Assembly (NCBI GenBank): GCA_963668025.2
Contig: CAXXTH010000017.1
Coordinates: forward strand, 1,472,001-1,536,000
DNA: 64,000 nucleotides
Origin: Candidatus Hydrogenedentota bacterium
GTDB lineage: Bacteria > Hydrogenedentota > Hydrogenedentia > Hydrogenedentales > SLHB01
Reading direction: 5' to 3'
This document shows, piece after piece, positions 47,745-58,276 of this stretch; the stretch's first letter is position 1; every line of letters starts with the position of its first letter. Position numbers and translations under genes: made by a program. Below the pieces are notes generated by a model. It was not told the DNA's origin and searched no databases. It was given only the letters and a program-made list of their open reading frames with translations.

Positions 47745-48686
47745 ATGTCGTCGCAAAAGATTGTCACCGTAACGCTGAATCCGGCGATTGATCAGACCGT
47801 ATACATTCCAGGCTTCGAGGCGGGGCGCGTGAACCGCGTGGCGGGGTGCGAATTCCATGCGGGCGGCAAAGGCGTGAATGTGGCGGGGTGCTTGGCCGAT
47901 CTGGGCGTCGAGGCTGTTGCCACGGGCTTTCTCGGGCGGGACAATCCGGAGCTGTTCGATGCGTTTTTCACGCCACGGAAGATCACGGACCGGTTTATCC
48001 GCATCCCGGGCCGCACGCGCACGGGCATCAAAATCGCCGATACCCAATCCGGCCAAACGACCGACATCAATTTTCCGGGTCCAAGCCTGGCTGAGGAGGA
48101 TATGCGCGCGCTGCAAGAATTGCTCGAGGAACTGGCCGGGCCAGGCCGGTGGTTTATATTCAGCGGCAGCGTGCCGCCCGGCGCGGGGGATGGAGCTTAT
48201 GCCCGTCTCATCGATGCGGTTCACGCTAGGGGGGGATGCGCGGCCTTGGATGCCAGCGGCAAGCCATTTCGTGAGGGGCTGGCGTCGCGGCCCGAACTCG
48301 TGAAGCCGAATGTGGACGAACTCGAGGAACTCCTGGGGCAAAGCCTCGATACCGTGGATTCCGTGCGGGCGGCAGGGGAGTCGCTATTGGCGCAAGGCGT
48401 GCAACTGGCGGCCATCTCGATGGGTGGCGATGGGGCGGTCTTTCTAGACGGCGAAGAGGCCCTGCGGGCTATTCCGCCCCACGTGCCCGTATGCAGCACC
48501 GTGGGCGCGGGCGACGCCATGGTGGGCGGCATGCTCTACGCCATGCATCAAGGGCATAACCTGGCGGACATCGCCCGCTACGGCACGGCCTGCGGCGCGT
48601 ATGCCGTCACGCGAACGGGCAAAGGTATCGAGGACAAGGCCGCGCTGGAAGGCTTATTGAGGCAGGTCGCGCTGGAGCGGTTATAG
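47745..48686 (+). CDS. 1-phosphofructokinase-family (PfkB) kinase
   Basis: TVTLNPAID, GGKGVNVA, KPN..EL and STVGAGD motifs. Confidence 0.92.
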   Translation: MSSQKIVTVTLNPAIDQTVYIPGFEAGRVNRVAGCEFHAGGKGVNVAGCLADLGVEAVATGFLGRDNPELFDAFFTPRKITDRFIRIPGRTRTGIKIADTQSGQTTDINFPGPSLAEEDMRALQELLEELAGPGRWFIFSGSVPPGAGDGAYARLIDAVHARGGCAALDASGKPFREGLASRPELVKPNVDELEELLGQSLDTVDSVRAAGESLLAQGVQLAAISMGGDGAVFLDGEEALRAIPPHVPVCSTVGAGDAMVGGMLYAMHQGHNLADIARYGTACGAYAVTRTGKGIEDKAALEGLLRQVALERL

Positions 48687-48813
48687 CGGCTCAAGCGTAG
48701 CATGGGCGTCCCGCCCATGATGCGTAGGCTTTCACGCATATATCATGGGCGGGACGCCCATGCTACAGACAGATGTACTCTTGTGTGAGGTGAGCTTAGA
48801 AGCATTCAACGAA

Positions 48814-49815
48814 TCACCCCTTCTCCCCACCCGCCGACACGGGAATGACCGTCTTGATGTCTTGCGACGAGCAGAGAACGAGTTCGCCCGTGGCGGGGCC
48901 GCTGGATTGGTCCGTGAAATAATCGAGCCAGACCTCTGTTCCCCACGGCTTCGTTTCCGTCCGCACTTGCAAGCCGGGCATCGTGGTCTCGGCGCTCTTG
49001 AGCGTCACGCCCGCCACGCGGGATTTCACCACCACCCGGCGCGTCACGGCGTTGCTCGATAGCATCTTCGGCAGCGTGACCTGCCACGGCGTCGCCACCA
49101 GGTCCGCCGCGATGATCCCCGTCACCTTGAGCGGGATCTCCTTCGGATCTTCCCAGTTCGTTTTCACCAGGAGCGACCGGCTGAACGGGCCGGGCGCGAT
49201 GTTCGTGTCCAGCGCCACATGGATCTGGTATTGCCCATATGGCGTTTTCTGTATCTGCTGGACTTCCGCCGCAACGTCGGACTGGGCGGCGTCCACGGTG
49301 ATCTCGAGCGGCACGTCGCCCAGCCCTTGCACCACCTCGAAATCCACCGGCCGCGCCTCGCCCTGCGGGATAAGCCCGAGCGACAATTCATCGCCCGGCT
49401 TCACATCGAGCGCCTTAATGAGTTTCAGCTTCACGAGAAACCGCACCGACGCCTGATCCGGGTCATCCGTCTTCACCAGCACATACGCCGCGTAATCCCG
49501 TTTCAGCTTCACCTCGCGCAGGTCCACCTCGATGCGCCCTTCCCCGCCCGGCGCAACCTCCGCCGTCAACACTTCCCCCTTCACGCAACCGCACGACGTT
49601 TTCGCCACCTCGGCATGCAGCGGCGCACCGCCATCATTCCGGTACGTAAGCTCGATGGCCTCCGGCACGGCGTCCATGCCCTCCCGGATCGTGAGCTCCT
49701 GCTCCAGGCTGTCCGAAGCAAACACCGGCGTGGTCACCAATTGCCCGTAGCACCATCCACACGCCAGCAAACAAGCGCCAAGCGCCATGCTACGCAAGTA
49801 AAAAGAACGCATCAT
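48814..49815 (-). CDS. DUF1573 / Ig-like domain secreted protein
   Basis: Signal peptide; YRNDG..PL..KTSCGC..APG..G.I.V; repeated TDDP/TNWEDP beta-sandwich ends. Confidence 0.7.
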   Translation of the reverse strand: MMRSFYLRSMALGACLLACGWCYGQLVTTPVFASDSLEQELTIREGMDAVPEAIELTYRNDGGAPLHAEVAKTSCGCVKGEVLTAEVAPGGEGRIEVDLREVKLKRDYAAYVLVKTDDPDQASVRFLVKLKLIKALDVKPGDELSLGLIPQGEARPVDFEVVQGLGDVPLEITVDAAQSDVAAEVQQIQKTPYGQYQIHVALDTNIAPGPFSRSLLVKTNWEDPKEIPLKVTGIIAADLVATPWQVTLPKMLSSNAVTRRVVVKSRVAGVTLKSAETTMPGLQVRTETKPWGTEVWLDYFTDQSSGPATGELVLCSSQDIKTVIPVSAGGEKG

Positions 49816-50264
49816 TTGCCCCCACTTCCACGGAGTTGCTATACACATCACAATAAAACCGAATATGGTTAATTGGTCTCATTCGCTTTATCGGTGGTGG
49901 AAGTTTCTGAGTTTGACTCTGCTTGCTTAGCCTTTATTGCGGCCTCTTGTTCTTCGCGGAATTTCTCAATCTGTTCTTTGAATATCTCCTCTTTCTCCTT
50001 CAAATATTCCCGCGTTTCCTCTGGCATAGGGTCGTCTAGGGAAGTAGTGATACTGAATTCATCACCGGGACCGCCTTCCAAAACACGCTGCGCATGTTTT
50101 TCATGGAAGTAGCGATGGGTTTCAAAAGCGGCCAAAAACCCGGGAACACTATCAAGAACGTCCTCATCATCGGCAAGAGAAGGATTTTCCTGTAACTCCA
50201 GCGCAATTCGCTGAACTTCTTGGAGATGCTCCCATGCCACGAGATAATAGCGGCTGTCTTTTAG

Positions 50265-52281
50265 CCCATTTTCCGCAGTAAGGCCGTCTTTTTTCTGGTT
50301 TTGAGCGTCTTTTCGGCTGTAAGTCCTTTGTTGGTCTTGCGTGCTGGTAGGATTTCCGTGTAGTGGCGAAAACCCCCTTGTTACGCGGGCCAGCGCGTGA
50401 GATCATGAGTGCCAGTTGGGAGGCTCTGGCATCGTGTTTCTCAAGCCGAATCGGAAGACCTTCGATGGCGTGACCTACGAGTATTGGTCGCTCGTGGAGT
50501 CGGTGCGCACGGCGAATGGGCCGCGCCAGCGGACGGTGGCCACCATCGGGAAGCTGCCGGGCCTGGATGAGGAAGCGCGGGTGGGCTGGGAGCACATCGG
50601 GGAGATCCTCGATGGCCGGGTGCATCAGCGGGACTTGCTCGAAGTCGAGCCGGAACCGCCGGCGTGGGCGACGGTGGACACGTCTCGGGTGCGGGTGGAA
50701 CGGTTACACCGTTTCGGCGAGGTCTACTTGGGGCTGGCGTTGTGGCGGCGGCTTAAGCTGGATACGTTTTTCGACGAAGCCATGGCGCCAGGCCGCGAGG
50801 AGATCCCGTGGGGCGTAATGGCTTGTATCCTCACGTTGGCGCGGTTCTGCGCGCCGTCGTCGGAGTTGCACATCGCCGAGTCGTGGTATGGCAAGACGGC
50901 CTTGGAGGATATCCTCGACGTGGCGCCGGAGAAGGTGAATGAGGACCGTCTGTACCGGGCTCTCGACGCGCTGCTGCCCCACAAGGACGCGCTCTTCGGT
51001 CACTTCCAGAAGGTCTATGGCGAGCTGTTTGGCGCCACCTTCGACATCCTGCTCTACGACATCACGTCGACGTACTTCGAGGGGCAGGCGGGGGACAACC
51101 CTCAAGCGAAACGAGGCTACTCCCGGGACAAGCGGCCCGATTGCGTGCAGGTCTGCATTGCGCTGGTGGCCACGCCGGAGGGACTTCCCCTGGCCTACGA
51201 GGTCTTCGACGGCAACCGCAGGGACGTGACCACGGTGGAGGAGATGGTGGAGGCCATGCGCACGAAGTACGGCCACGAGCGCCGCACGTGGGTCATGGAC
51301 CGCGGCATGGTGAGCGAGGACAACCTCGAGATGCTGCGCGAGGCCAAGGCGAGCTATCTCGTGGGCACGCCCAAAAGCATGCTCAAACAGTTCGAGCGTG
51401 ACCTCTTGGAACAGGGTTGGGAGCAAGTGGAGCCCGAGGTGGAGGTGAAACTCCGCCCCTCGCCCGAGGACGAAGACGAGACCTTCGTGCTCTGTCGCTC
51501 GCGCGGCCGCATCGAAAAAGAACGGGCCATACGCGAGAAACAGCGCGTGAAGCTCGAGGCTGAACTCAACCGGCTCAAAGCGCGCATCGACGCCGGCACA
51601 CGCGCCCTGCGCGACCGCGGCGCCGCTGAACGCCACGTGGGCCGGTGCTTCCAGAAGTACTCCCGCGCCGCCCGCTTCTTCCAAGTGGCCATCCGCGAAC
51701 AAGACGACCCCAAACACAAAAGCGGCAAGCGCCTCGCCATCGCCATCACCCAAGACCCCGCCCATCGCGAATGGGCCGAACTTACCGACGGCTGCTACCT
51801 GCTGCGCACCAACCTCCAGAACCACGACCCAAAGCAACTCTGGAAAGCCTACATCGGCCTCACGCAGATCGAGGACAGCTTTCGCATCAGCAAGCACGAC
51901 CTCGGCCTCAGGCCCATCTTCCATCACAGAGAACGCCGGACCCAAGCACACATCCTCGTGTGCTTCCTTGCCCTCGTGATGTGGCGGACTCTCCAGCAAT
52001 GGATGGACGGCGCCGGCCTCGGCGCCGCGCCCCGAAAACTCCTCGAAGAGATGGCCGAAGTCCGTTCCTTGGACGTGGTCTTGCCTACCGGCCAAGGCAC
52101 AGAGTTACGCCTGCGCACCGTCAGCAAGCCCGAGCAGCGCCTCGCGCTCCTACTCCAGAAACTCGACCTTCCCCTGCCCAATAAACCAAAGTCGATCCCA
52201 AATGTAGTGGCGAAAACCCGCCGAAATCTCCAATTTTCCTAGAAAACGCCAACCTCCTTTGCCTCAACTGCGGAAAATGGG
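50265..52281 (+). mobile_element. IS1634-family insertion sequence
   Basis: IRs CCCATTTTCCGCAGT / ACTGCGGAAAATGGG; TTAG duplicated at 50261-50264 and 52282-52285. Confidence 0.92.
50434..52242 (+). CDS. IS1634-family DDE transposase
   Basis: YDITSTYFEG, GYSRDKRPD, VMDRGM and IEDSFR..K..L..RPIFH motifs. Confidence 0.93.
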   Translation: MFLKPNRKTFDGVTYEYWSLVESVRTANGPRQRTVATIGKLPGLDEEARVGWEHIGEILDGRVHQRDLLEVEPEPPAWATVDTSRVRVERLHRFGEVYLGLALWRRLKLDTFFDEAMAPGREEIPWGVMACILTLARFCAPSSELHIAESWYGKTALEDILDVAPEKVNEDRLYRALDALLPHKDALFGHFQKVYGELFGATFDILLYDITSTYFEGQAGDNPQAKRGYSRDKRPDCVQVCIALVATPEGLPLAYEVFDGNRRDVTTVEEMVEAMRTKYGHERRTWVMDRGMVSEDNLEMLREAKASYLVGTPKSMLKQFERDLLEQGWEQVEPEVEVKLRPSPEDEDETFVLCRSRGRIEKERAIREKQRVKLEAELNRLKARIDAGTRALRDRGAAERHVGRCFQKYSRAARFFQVAIREQDDPKHKSGKRLAIAITQDPAHREWAELTDGCYLLRTNLQNHDPKQLWKAYIGLTQIEDSFRISKHDLGLRPIFHHRERRTQAHILVCFLALVMWRTLQQWMDGAGLGAAPRKLLEEMAEVRSLDVVLPTGQGTELRLRTVSKPEQRLALLLQKLDLPLPNKPKSIPNVVAKTRRNLQFS

Positions 52282-52909
52282 TTAGTTGCGGCGCCATATC
52301 ATATGCACGCATGGAATAGTCCAAATGGGCCTTTATAATCCCTTGGCGATAAGGTGAATAGGTGGAAAACAACTGCTCATAAGCGGCATCGATTTCCGGC
52401 ATAGTCGGCTTGAATTCTGTTTTGAGGCTGAACACCTCCGTGAGTATGCGGGCAATTTCAACATCCGCCCAATACGCAATTTTCTCCTCTTTGTCGGCTG
52501 AAATACCTTTAACTTCTTTAATGCTTCGTAATGTGTCAATCGCCTTACGTGGCTCGTCATCTGATAAGTATGCAGCAGCCAAACTAGAAAGTAGATGAGC
52601 GTAGACTTCAGGATCACAGGCTTGATATTCTTTGCTAATCGTTTCGAGCTTCAGTATCGCTTCTCCATCCTTTGAGTGTTTTTTGGCGCTTTTAGCATCT
52701 TCATACAACTTTTTGAAATGCTCATCTTGTCCAATCAGTTTTTGTGCTGATTCATGCGTGATATTATGAAGATTGCTTAGACCAGGAGATGAATAAGCAG
52801 TAAAACAAGTCAAAATGCTTACCGCGATTAGGGGAACAAAACCCTTATTATTGAAAAAAGTGTCCATTTTTTGTTCCTTTCGTATAGGTAAATATTCTTT
52901 ATAATTTTG

Positions 52910-54437
52910 GTAACACTTTAGCCGACTGAAGTGTTTTCCGGTGGCAGGGGAGGCAATTGGCCGGTGTTGAGGTAGTGGACCAGGGCGTTGCAGACGGTGC
53001 AGACGGGGTTTTGCCCGCGTTTTTTCAAAGTAAAGAAGACGCTCATGAGCACCGCTTGTATGGCGGCTCCTTGGTCGCTGCGGTTGCAGTAACTGTTTTT
53101 GCGCAGGATAACGGCAGGACGGATGGAGCGTTCCGCCAAGTTGTTGTCGAAGGGAACATCTGATTGGCCGAGAAAAGTGAAGAGTTCATCCTGGTGTCGG
53201 CGCAGCCTTTTTATGAGGCGCTTGGCGTTGGCGTCCTCCCAGGGCGTATCGCACAAGTCCCGCAAGCGCCGGGCGAAGCGCGCGCGGCGCGAGTCGTACG
53301 CCTCCGGTTCGAGCTCGCCGCGCCGCCGCCACAGCCGGATGGCGTCGGCAATCAGGCGGCGCAGCTTTTTGGCGAAGGCGGGCCAGGCCGGGCTGGGCGA
53401 TTTGTATTTCTCCACGTGCTCGAGTTCGCGCAACAAATGCACGAGGCACTTCTGCCGGGCGGCGCACGCCACGGCGTTGTACGCGGCCCAGAAGTCGGCC
53501 ACCAGCGTTCCGGCGAATTCCCGCGTGAAGAACTGCTGGAGCGCCGGACTCCCCCGCGAATGGTCGATCAGGAAAAAGCTCAGCCCTTTGGTGGCGAAAC
53601 ACCACAGCCATCGGGTCTTGCCATTCACGCGCCAGCCGGTCTCGTCGGCGTTGAGCACCGCCGAGTCCAGCGCTTCCTGGTGAATGGCCTCGTACCAAGG
53701 CAGGAGAATCTCCGCCAGCCTGCGCCACATGTGCAGCAGCCCGCCCGGCGTGACCTGGAAAAGCAGGTGGAAATCGAAGACCTCCACGATTTGCGAAAGC
53801 GTGTTGCCCAACACATAGTGCAGCCACGCGCTGAGGACCAGCACCCGGTTGCCCAGGGTCGCGCCCGGCAAGGCCGCCGCCACAACCGGCTCGACTTTCT
53901 TCTTGCATCGCGGACACCAGTCGCGGTGAATGGTATGCTCGGTGATTTCCGGACGGATGCCTTCGGGTATGTCTTCGGTGTAGCGCGTGCGGGTCTCCGC
54001 GCGGCGGTCCAGCGGCCCGCCGCAGTCGGGACACACCTTGGTGCGGTGTGTTTCACGCCGGTCGATACGTTCGGGCGGCACGCGCCGGCTGCCGGGGTGG
54101 CCCATCTTGCGTCCCGGCTTTTTCTTGCCGCGCACAGGCGTCTGGGGTTTCCCGTAAACTGGCTGCATGCCCGAAGGGGTGGAGGGCGTTTGGTGGGAAG
54201 TGAACGCCGCCTCGGCCTGCTGCTCCGACAGCAGCTTGGATTGCGCCAACAGGGCAAACACCACGGCATCTTCGCCCAATGCGTAGATCGCTCGGGCTTG
54301 CTCCTCCGAGAGCAGCGGTCCCAATGGAATGCCACTTATTGCCGTCGCCATGGCGTCTTGGCCCAAAACCACAACATCTTGTAACTATATTATACCGAAA
54401 CGCTACTTATAGTTGCGCCAGACGGCTAAAGTGTTAC
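52910..54437 (-). mobile_element. Single-ORF IS66-family element
   Basis: IRs GTAACACTTTAGCCG / CGGCTAAAGTGTTAC; 8-bp TSD TAATTTTG at 52902-52909 and 54438-54445. Confidence 0.92.
52918..54372 (-). CDS. IS66-family transposase
   Basis: CPDCG zinc finger, ADETGWR, QKCLVHLLRE and DNNLAERSIRP motifs. Confidence 0.93.
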   Translation of the reverse strand: MVLGQDAMATAISGIPLGPLLSEEQARAIYALGEDAVVFALLAQSKLLSEQQAEAAFTSHQTPSTPSGMQPVYGKPQTPVRGKKKPGRKMGHPGSRRVPPERIDRRETHRTKVCPDCGGPLDRRAETRTRYTEDIPEGIRPEITEHTIHRDWCPRCKKKVEPVVAAALPGATLGNRVLVLSAWLHYVLGNTLSQIVEVFDFHLLFQVTPGGLLHMWRRLAEILLPWYEAIHQEALDSAVLNADETGWRVNGKTRWLWCFATKGLSFFLIDHSRGSPALQQFFTREFAGTLVADFWAAYNAVACAARQKCLVHLLRELEHVEKYKSPSPAWPAFAKKLRRLIADAIRLWRRRGELEPEAYDSRRARFARRLRDLCDTPWEDANAKRLIKRLRRHQDELFTFLGQSDVPFDNNLAERSIRPAVILRKNSYCNRSDQGAAIQAVLMSVFFTLKKRGQNPVCTVCNALVHYLNTGQLPPLPPENTSVG

Positions 54438-54450
54438 TAATTTTGTTTAA

Positions 54451-56141
54451 CCTAAAAAAGGCAGTAGGAGCTTGCTTTGGGATTTTTCCAGCCCAATTTT
54501 GTAAAGAAATAACTGTCCTGTCCCGCTCTTTACGTTGGCGCCGGCAGCAGGTTGGGGGTGGCCAGCGGCCTTCCCTCGAGTATTTTGGCGAAGATCCGGC
54601 TGAGGATCGTCCGCCATCGTTCGTTCCAGTTCAACTGCCGCGCAGTTGCTTTCACCTCCAATAAAAAGGCGTTTACGGATTTCAGAACTTGTTCCATAGC
54701 ATGTCCTTGCGCATGCACGGGGGTGATGGTGAGCGTGGTTTGGCCTCCGTGGCGGGTCTGCTGTCCCACACCATACAGCAGCAGAGGGCGGCTTGTGATC
54801 GCTTCGGCGTGGCGCTCCGGAATCGCCAAGCGCACGTACAAAGACCACCAATTGTAAATCAGGGCTATGATTCGCGCCATGATTTGGCAGCGCTTCATAT
54901 CGTGGGTGGTATACCCGCCCCACCCCCACTGGTTTTTCTGTTCATCGTAGATGTTTTCCGCATCGCCCCGGTCGCGATAATGCTGGGCCAAGGCCGATAG
55001 GGGGCCTGTCAGCGAAGTGGCCAGCACCGCGTATTCATACTGCTGCACGGCTCCCGCTTGGATCTCAATGAGCTGTAGTTGGGGGGAGGGGTCAGGCAAT
55101 AGCGGCTCCGTTTCCAGAACGATACTCCCTTTGAGCTTGCGCCGCAGAACGATTACCCGGCGTTTGCTCGTCCATCCCATAAGCTCCAGACGGTCTTCCA
55201 AACCTTCCCAGCCTTGGCCTGCTGGCGTCCAGTCCTTAGAACAAAAGGCCTGCTGGATAAGCCGTTTCACGTTGCTGGTCTGCCGCAATTTGAACAGATA
55301 GGGCACTCCGCGCGCTTCGGCTTCGCTCATGTCGCGTTCGTTGCCGAAGGCGCAGTCGCCGCGAATCATGCCCGGCCAGGCCGCGCGCGGCAAGCCATCG
55401 AGAAAATGCCACAATCCAGGCATGGTGTATTTCGCCGCCGTCTCGTTGCCCGGCCGGACTTCCACGTCCAGCACCAAGCGCGTGTTCGCCATAAAATAGG
55501 TATGCAGCACATGAGAAGGACGGCCCTGTTTCGCCGGATTGTAGCCCAGCACGGCCCCTTCTTGATGGCCGAACAGGGGCTTCACGCTTGTATCCACGTC
55601 CAAAATCCAAGGCTCATAAAGCAACGGCTCATAACAGCGGCGCAGGTGCTTCTGTAGCCAGCCCGCGCAGGCTTCCCCGTCCGCCAGTATAAATGCCCGC
55701 CGCGCCGAGGAGGCGCTCATGATCTTGCTCATACCCAGCAAGCCCGGGTTCACCGCGTCGTAACGGACCGCGTCAATGTGCGCATAGCGGGTGTGGCCCG
55801 CCAGCACTGATAAAAATAGCGTGCCCAGCACATCCCTCTTGCGCGGCGCATTATTGCTGGCGTACGCCAGCGGACAGTCCTCCACCCACGCTTCAAAAAA
55901 CTCCGCCGTCTTGAGAAAATCGATAAAGAACGCCAACTGGCCAAACGGCGTCGTTGCCGCCTCCCGGTCCCATTCCACATGCACCCGGCCCCCGTAGCTA
56001 TCTACGAAAATCGGCACCTCCAAAGACAACCATTCCTCCTCTCCCAATGGGGGAGCATCTTGCTGTTGCGATTCTGTTTCCATGTTCATTATTTTGAACT
56101 ACTTCCAGCTCGACACTCAAGATTCAACTGGCGTTTTTAGG
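54451..56141 (-). mobile_element. IS1380-like insertion sequence
   Basis: Imperfect IRs CCTAAAAAAGGCAGT / ACTGGCGTTTTTAGG; TTTAA duplicated at 54446-54450 and 56142-56146. Confidence 0.85.
54530..56089 (-). CDS. IS1380-like DDE transposase
   Basis: LDVDTS..G.QEGA..GYNP, RPGN, RGDCAFG and YRDRGDAEN..DE.K motifs. Confidence 0.85.
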   Translation of the reverse strand: MNMETESQQQDAPPLGEEEWLSLEVPIFVDSYGGRVHVEWDREAATTPFGQLAFFIDFLKTAEFFEAWVEDCPLAYASNNAPRKRDVLGTLFLSVLAGHTRYAHIDAVRYDAVNPGLLGMSKIMSASSARRAFILADGEACAGWLQKHLRRCYEPLLYEPWILDVDTSVKPLFGHQEGAVLGYNPAKQGRPSHVLHTYFMANTRLVLDVEVRPGNETAAKYTMPGLWHFLDGLPRAAWPGMIRGDCAFGNERDMSEAEARGVPYLFKLRQTSNVKRLIQQAFCSKDWTPAGQGWEGLEDRLELMGWTSKRRVIVLRRKLKGSIVLETEPLLPDPSPQLQLIEIQAGAVQQYEYAVLATSLTGPLSALAQHYRDRGDAENIYDEQKNQWGWGGYTTHDMKRCQIMARIIALIYNWWSLYVRLAIPERHAEAITSRPLLLYGVGQQTRHGGQTTLTITPVHAQGHAMEQVLKSVNAFLLEVKATARQLNWNERWRTILSRIFAKILEGRPLATPNLLPAPT

Positions 56142-56197
56142 TTTAAAGTGAGTAAATCGGTTTGCTTTATATAACTTCTTTTGTAGGCTAAGCTCGA

Positions 56198-56935
56198 CTA
56201 GAATGTATCTACTTCTAGTTTTTCACGATTCTCTGTTCGATTCTTGATATGCTCACCGTTCATTCTTTCTCTATTGATTGCTTTAATACCATCTATTTTT
56301 CCGTAAAATTCTTTTAAAGAAGGATCGTCTCTAACAATATCTAGTGCCCTTTCGGCATTTTCTGTGCCAGATAAACCCATACATAATAGTGTAACTTCTT
56401 TTGTACTTCGTACGATATCTAATTTAGTGTTTTTGTCTACTTCGTCAGAAAACGTTATCGGGTTAGTATTCCAATATTCAGGTGTAAGCATTTTCCGCAA
56501 ATAGTTTAAAGAATTTTCGTCACCTAGAAATCCTAAAGCACCAATATAGTTATTGAGTGACAGACGCACATCAGTTGAAAAAGGTAAACTAAAACACTTT
56601 TCTATGCGCGAAATACATATAGGGCCAACTCTTTTGTCTTTTGTTTTCCCTAGATAAAATGCTATTTTACATTTATTATAATCATTGTCAGTTTTTTCAT
56701 CTTGTAAAATCGCAATCAAATCGGACCGAGTTGCTTCATCGCATGAAACAGCGAATTGTTCTGCTTCTTCTTCACCGTTGGATTTTGAATTCGGAGAAAA
56801 GTCATATTCTTTGTCTAGTTGGAAAGTTTTATGGGGTATTACATTTTCTTCAGCGCTTATACTAAAATTTATAAGTAAAAAAAGAAAGGTCAAAAACAAA
56901 GTAATGCCATAGATATTCTTTATGCCTTTTTTCAT
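56198..56935 (-). CDS. Secreted HEAT-like helical protein, partner B
   Basis: Signal peptide; paralog of 58277-59011 (LDKEYDFS, EQFA, LIAIL, YLGKT, TPEYW). Confidence 0.75.
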   Translation of the reverse strand: MKKGIKNIYGITLFLTFLFLLINFSISAEENVIPHKTFQLDKEYDFSPNSKSNGEEEAEQFAVSCDEATRSDLIAILQDEKTDNDYNKCKIAFYLGKTKDKRVGPICISRIEKCFSLPFSTDVRLSLNNYIGALGFLGDENSLNYLRKMLTPEYWNTNPITFSDEVDKNTKLDIVRSTKEVTLLCMGLSGTENAERALDIVRDDPSLKEFYGKIDGIKAINRERMNGEHIKNRTENREKLEVDTF

Positions 56936-56985
56936 GACTAATACTCCGTTTGTAAAATTTACGTGCAAACACTAGCATTGCTTAT

Positions 56986-58176
56986 TCATCTGTGATTCAC
57001 TAAAGCACTGCATTGACACGGTAAAATATACTTTTGGCAGTCACCATACAATTCGTTTATCTGAGGCATCATTACATTTAGTGGATGAGCTGAAGGAACA
57101 CAGTTTTCGTTATCATCGCCAACATCTTTGAGCCCCGCTGTATGTATATATTCATGTGCAAGTACAATATTCGCTGGTTTATTAGCATCAATTAATCCCG
57201 CGCTCAAGATGATATTATCTTGTCCTATTGTAGCGAGCCCCACAATTCCGTTAGGAAAATAAACTTCTCCATCCCAGAGAATCATGTTTACTAATTTTAC
57301 GTTACTAGACACGCTGTAAAGGACACGATTTAGCTCATTAGTATCGTCAATAATGTCTAGAGTTAGCACCACATACGTTAAGCGCTCTGTATCAAAGATC
57401 AAGACATTTGTAAAAGTATTCATTGTTCCTGTTAACTTTATACCAGTGCAGCAGTGTGTATCATCATATTTCCTGCCCTGGTTTTGATTAATATTTTCGT
57501 TTTCATCATCTGCTAGATACACAGTAGTTGCATCATCGAAATTTTCTTCCCAAGTAGAAAAATTCTCCGATGATAACGAAGAATGCTTAGCTATGGTGTA
57601 ATCTTCATAAGGTGGAGCAACTACATCAAACGTATAATGATCTCCACTACTGCTTCCATCGTAGGCCGTCGTTGCTTCCATTCGATAAGCGAGTACGTAG
57701 CAAGTATCACCAGGCTCAGAAGGCGTACGTACGATACAATTCTCATTATAAGTACCATAATAACCTACAATATATGAACTGGAATCACCCCAGACCATCC
57801 ATGTAACTTTTTTATCAGTGTTCCGTGCAAACAAGCAGGAATTTGGACCCCGAGGATCTGCAGCGCAACGATCTGGTGCACAAAAACTGCAAACAGCTAA
57901 ATCTAGATCATCGCCCCCAGTTGCAGTGATAACAATATCTGAGCCTGCGCATACATTAATTGGTTCGCTAATCGAAAAAGTGGTAGGAGGAAAAAGAACA
58001 TTGGGAACACTTCGTGTAGTGCATTCTGGTAAAGCAGCGAAATCATCAGCAAACAATTTGCTACTAATCAAAGCAAGAATATAACATAATATTAGATATT
58101 TATTAAGGGGGGATAGAAAAAGCAAGCGCAGTTTAGTAAAATAACAGAAAATGCGAAAATAACTCTTGAAAGACAT
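56986..58176 (-). CDS. Secreted Cys-rich zinc metalloprotease B (metzincin-like)
   Basis: HEYIHTAGLKD with a downstream NVM Met-turn; signal peptide; AGGAG RBS. Confidence 0.75.
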   Translation of the reverse strand: MSFKSYFRIFCYFTKLRLLFLSPLNKYLILCYILALISSKLFADDFAALPECTTRSVPNVLFPPTTFSISEPINVCAGSDIVITATGGDDLDLAVCSFCAPDRCAADPRGPNSCLFARNTDKKVTWMVWGDSSSYIVGYYGTYNENCIVRTPSEPGDTCYVLAYRMEATTAYDGSSSGDHYTFDVVAPPYEDYTIAKHSSLSSENFSTWEENFDDATTVYLADDENENINQNQGRKYDDTHCCTGIKLTGTMNTFTNVLIFDTERLTYVVLTLDIIDDTNELNRVLYSVSSNVKLVNMILWDGEVYFPNGIVGLATIGQDNIILSAGLIDANKPANIVLAHEYIHTAGLKDVGDDNENCVPSAHPLNVMMPQINELYGDCQKYILPCQCSALVNHR

Positions 58177-58276
58177 GCTATGTCTCCTAGATTTATCGGT
58201 TTCTCTAGAACTGAACTCTCGTGACGACTATTCTCTTTTATTCAGCCTAAGTTTTCATCGGCATACTGGAGTAAAA

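Larger units (their letters stand above)
20798..48766. repeat. Dispersed REP family GT(A/G)GCATGGGCGTCCCGCCCATG (20798, 32428, 36600-36628 palindrome, 39181, 43930-43978 doublet, 48697-48766 doublet)
   Basis: Near-identical hairpins at six intergenic sites, some as inverted pairs. Confidence 0.8.
49869..52867 (-). pseudogene. Secreted TPR-like helical protein (325 aa when restored), interrupted by IS1634
   Basis: Removing 50265-52281 and one TTAG joins ...DMAPQL-KDSRYYLVAWEHLQ... in frame (978 bp). Confidence 0.85.

Noticed and set aside
50704-54384. 463-aa (50704-52095) and 406-aa (53164-54384) ORFs
   Set aside because: Antisense shadows of the IS1634 and IS66 transposases
52910-56141. Composite transposon formed by the adjacent IS66 and IS1380-like elements
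   Set aside because: Each has its own IRs and TSD, indicating independent insertions
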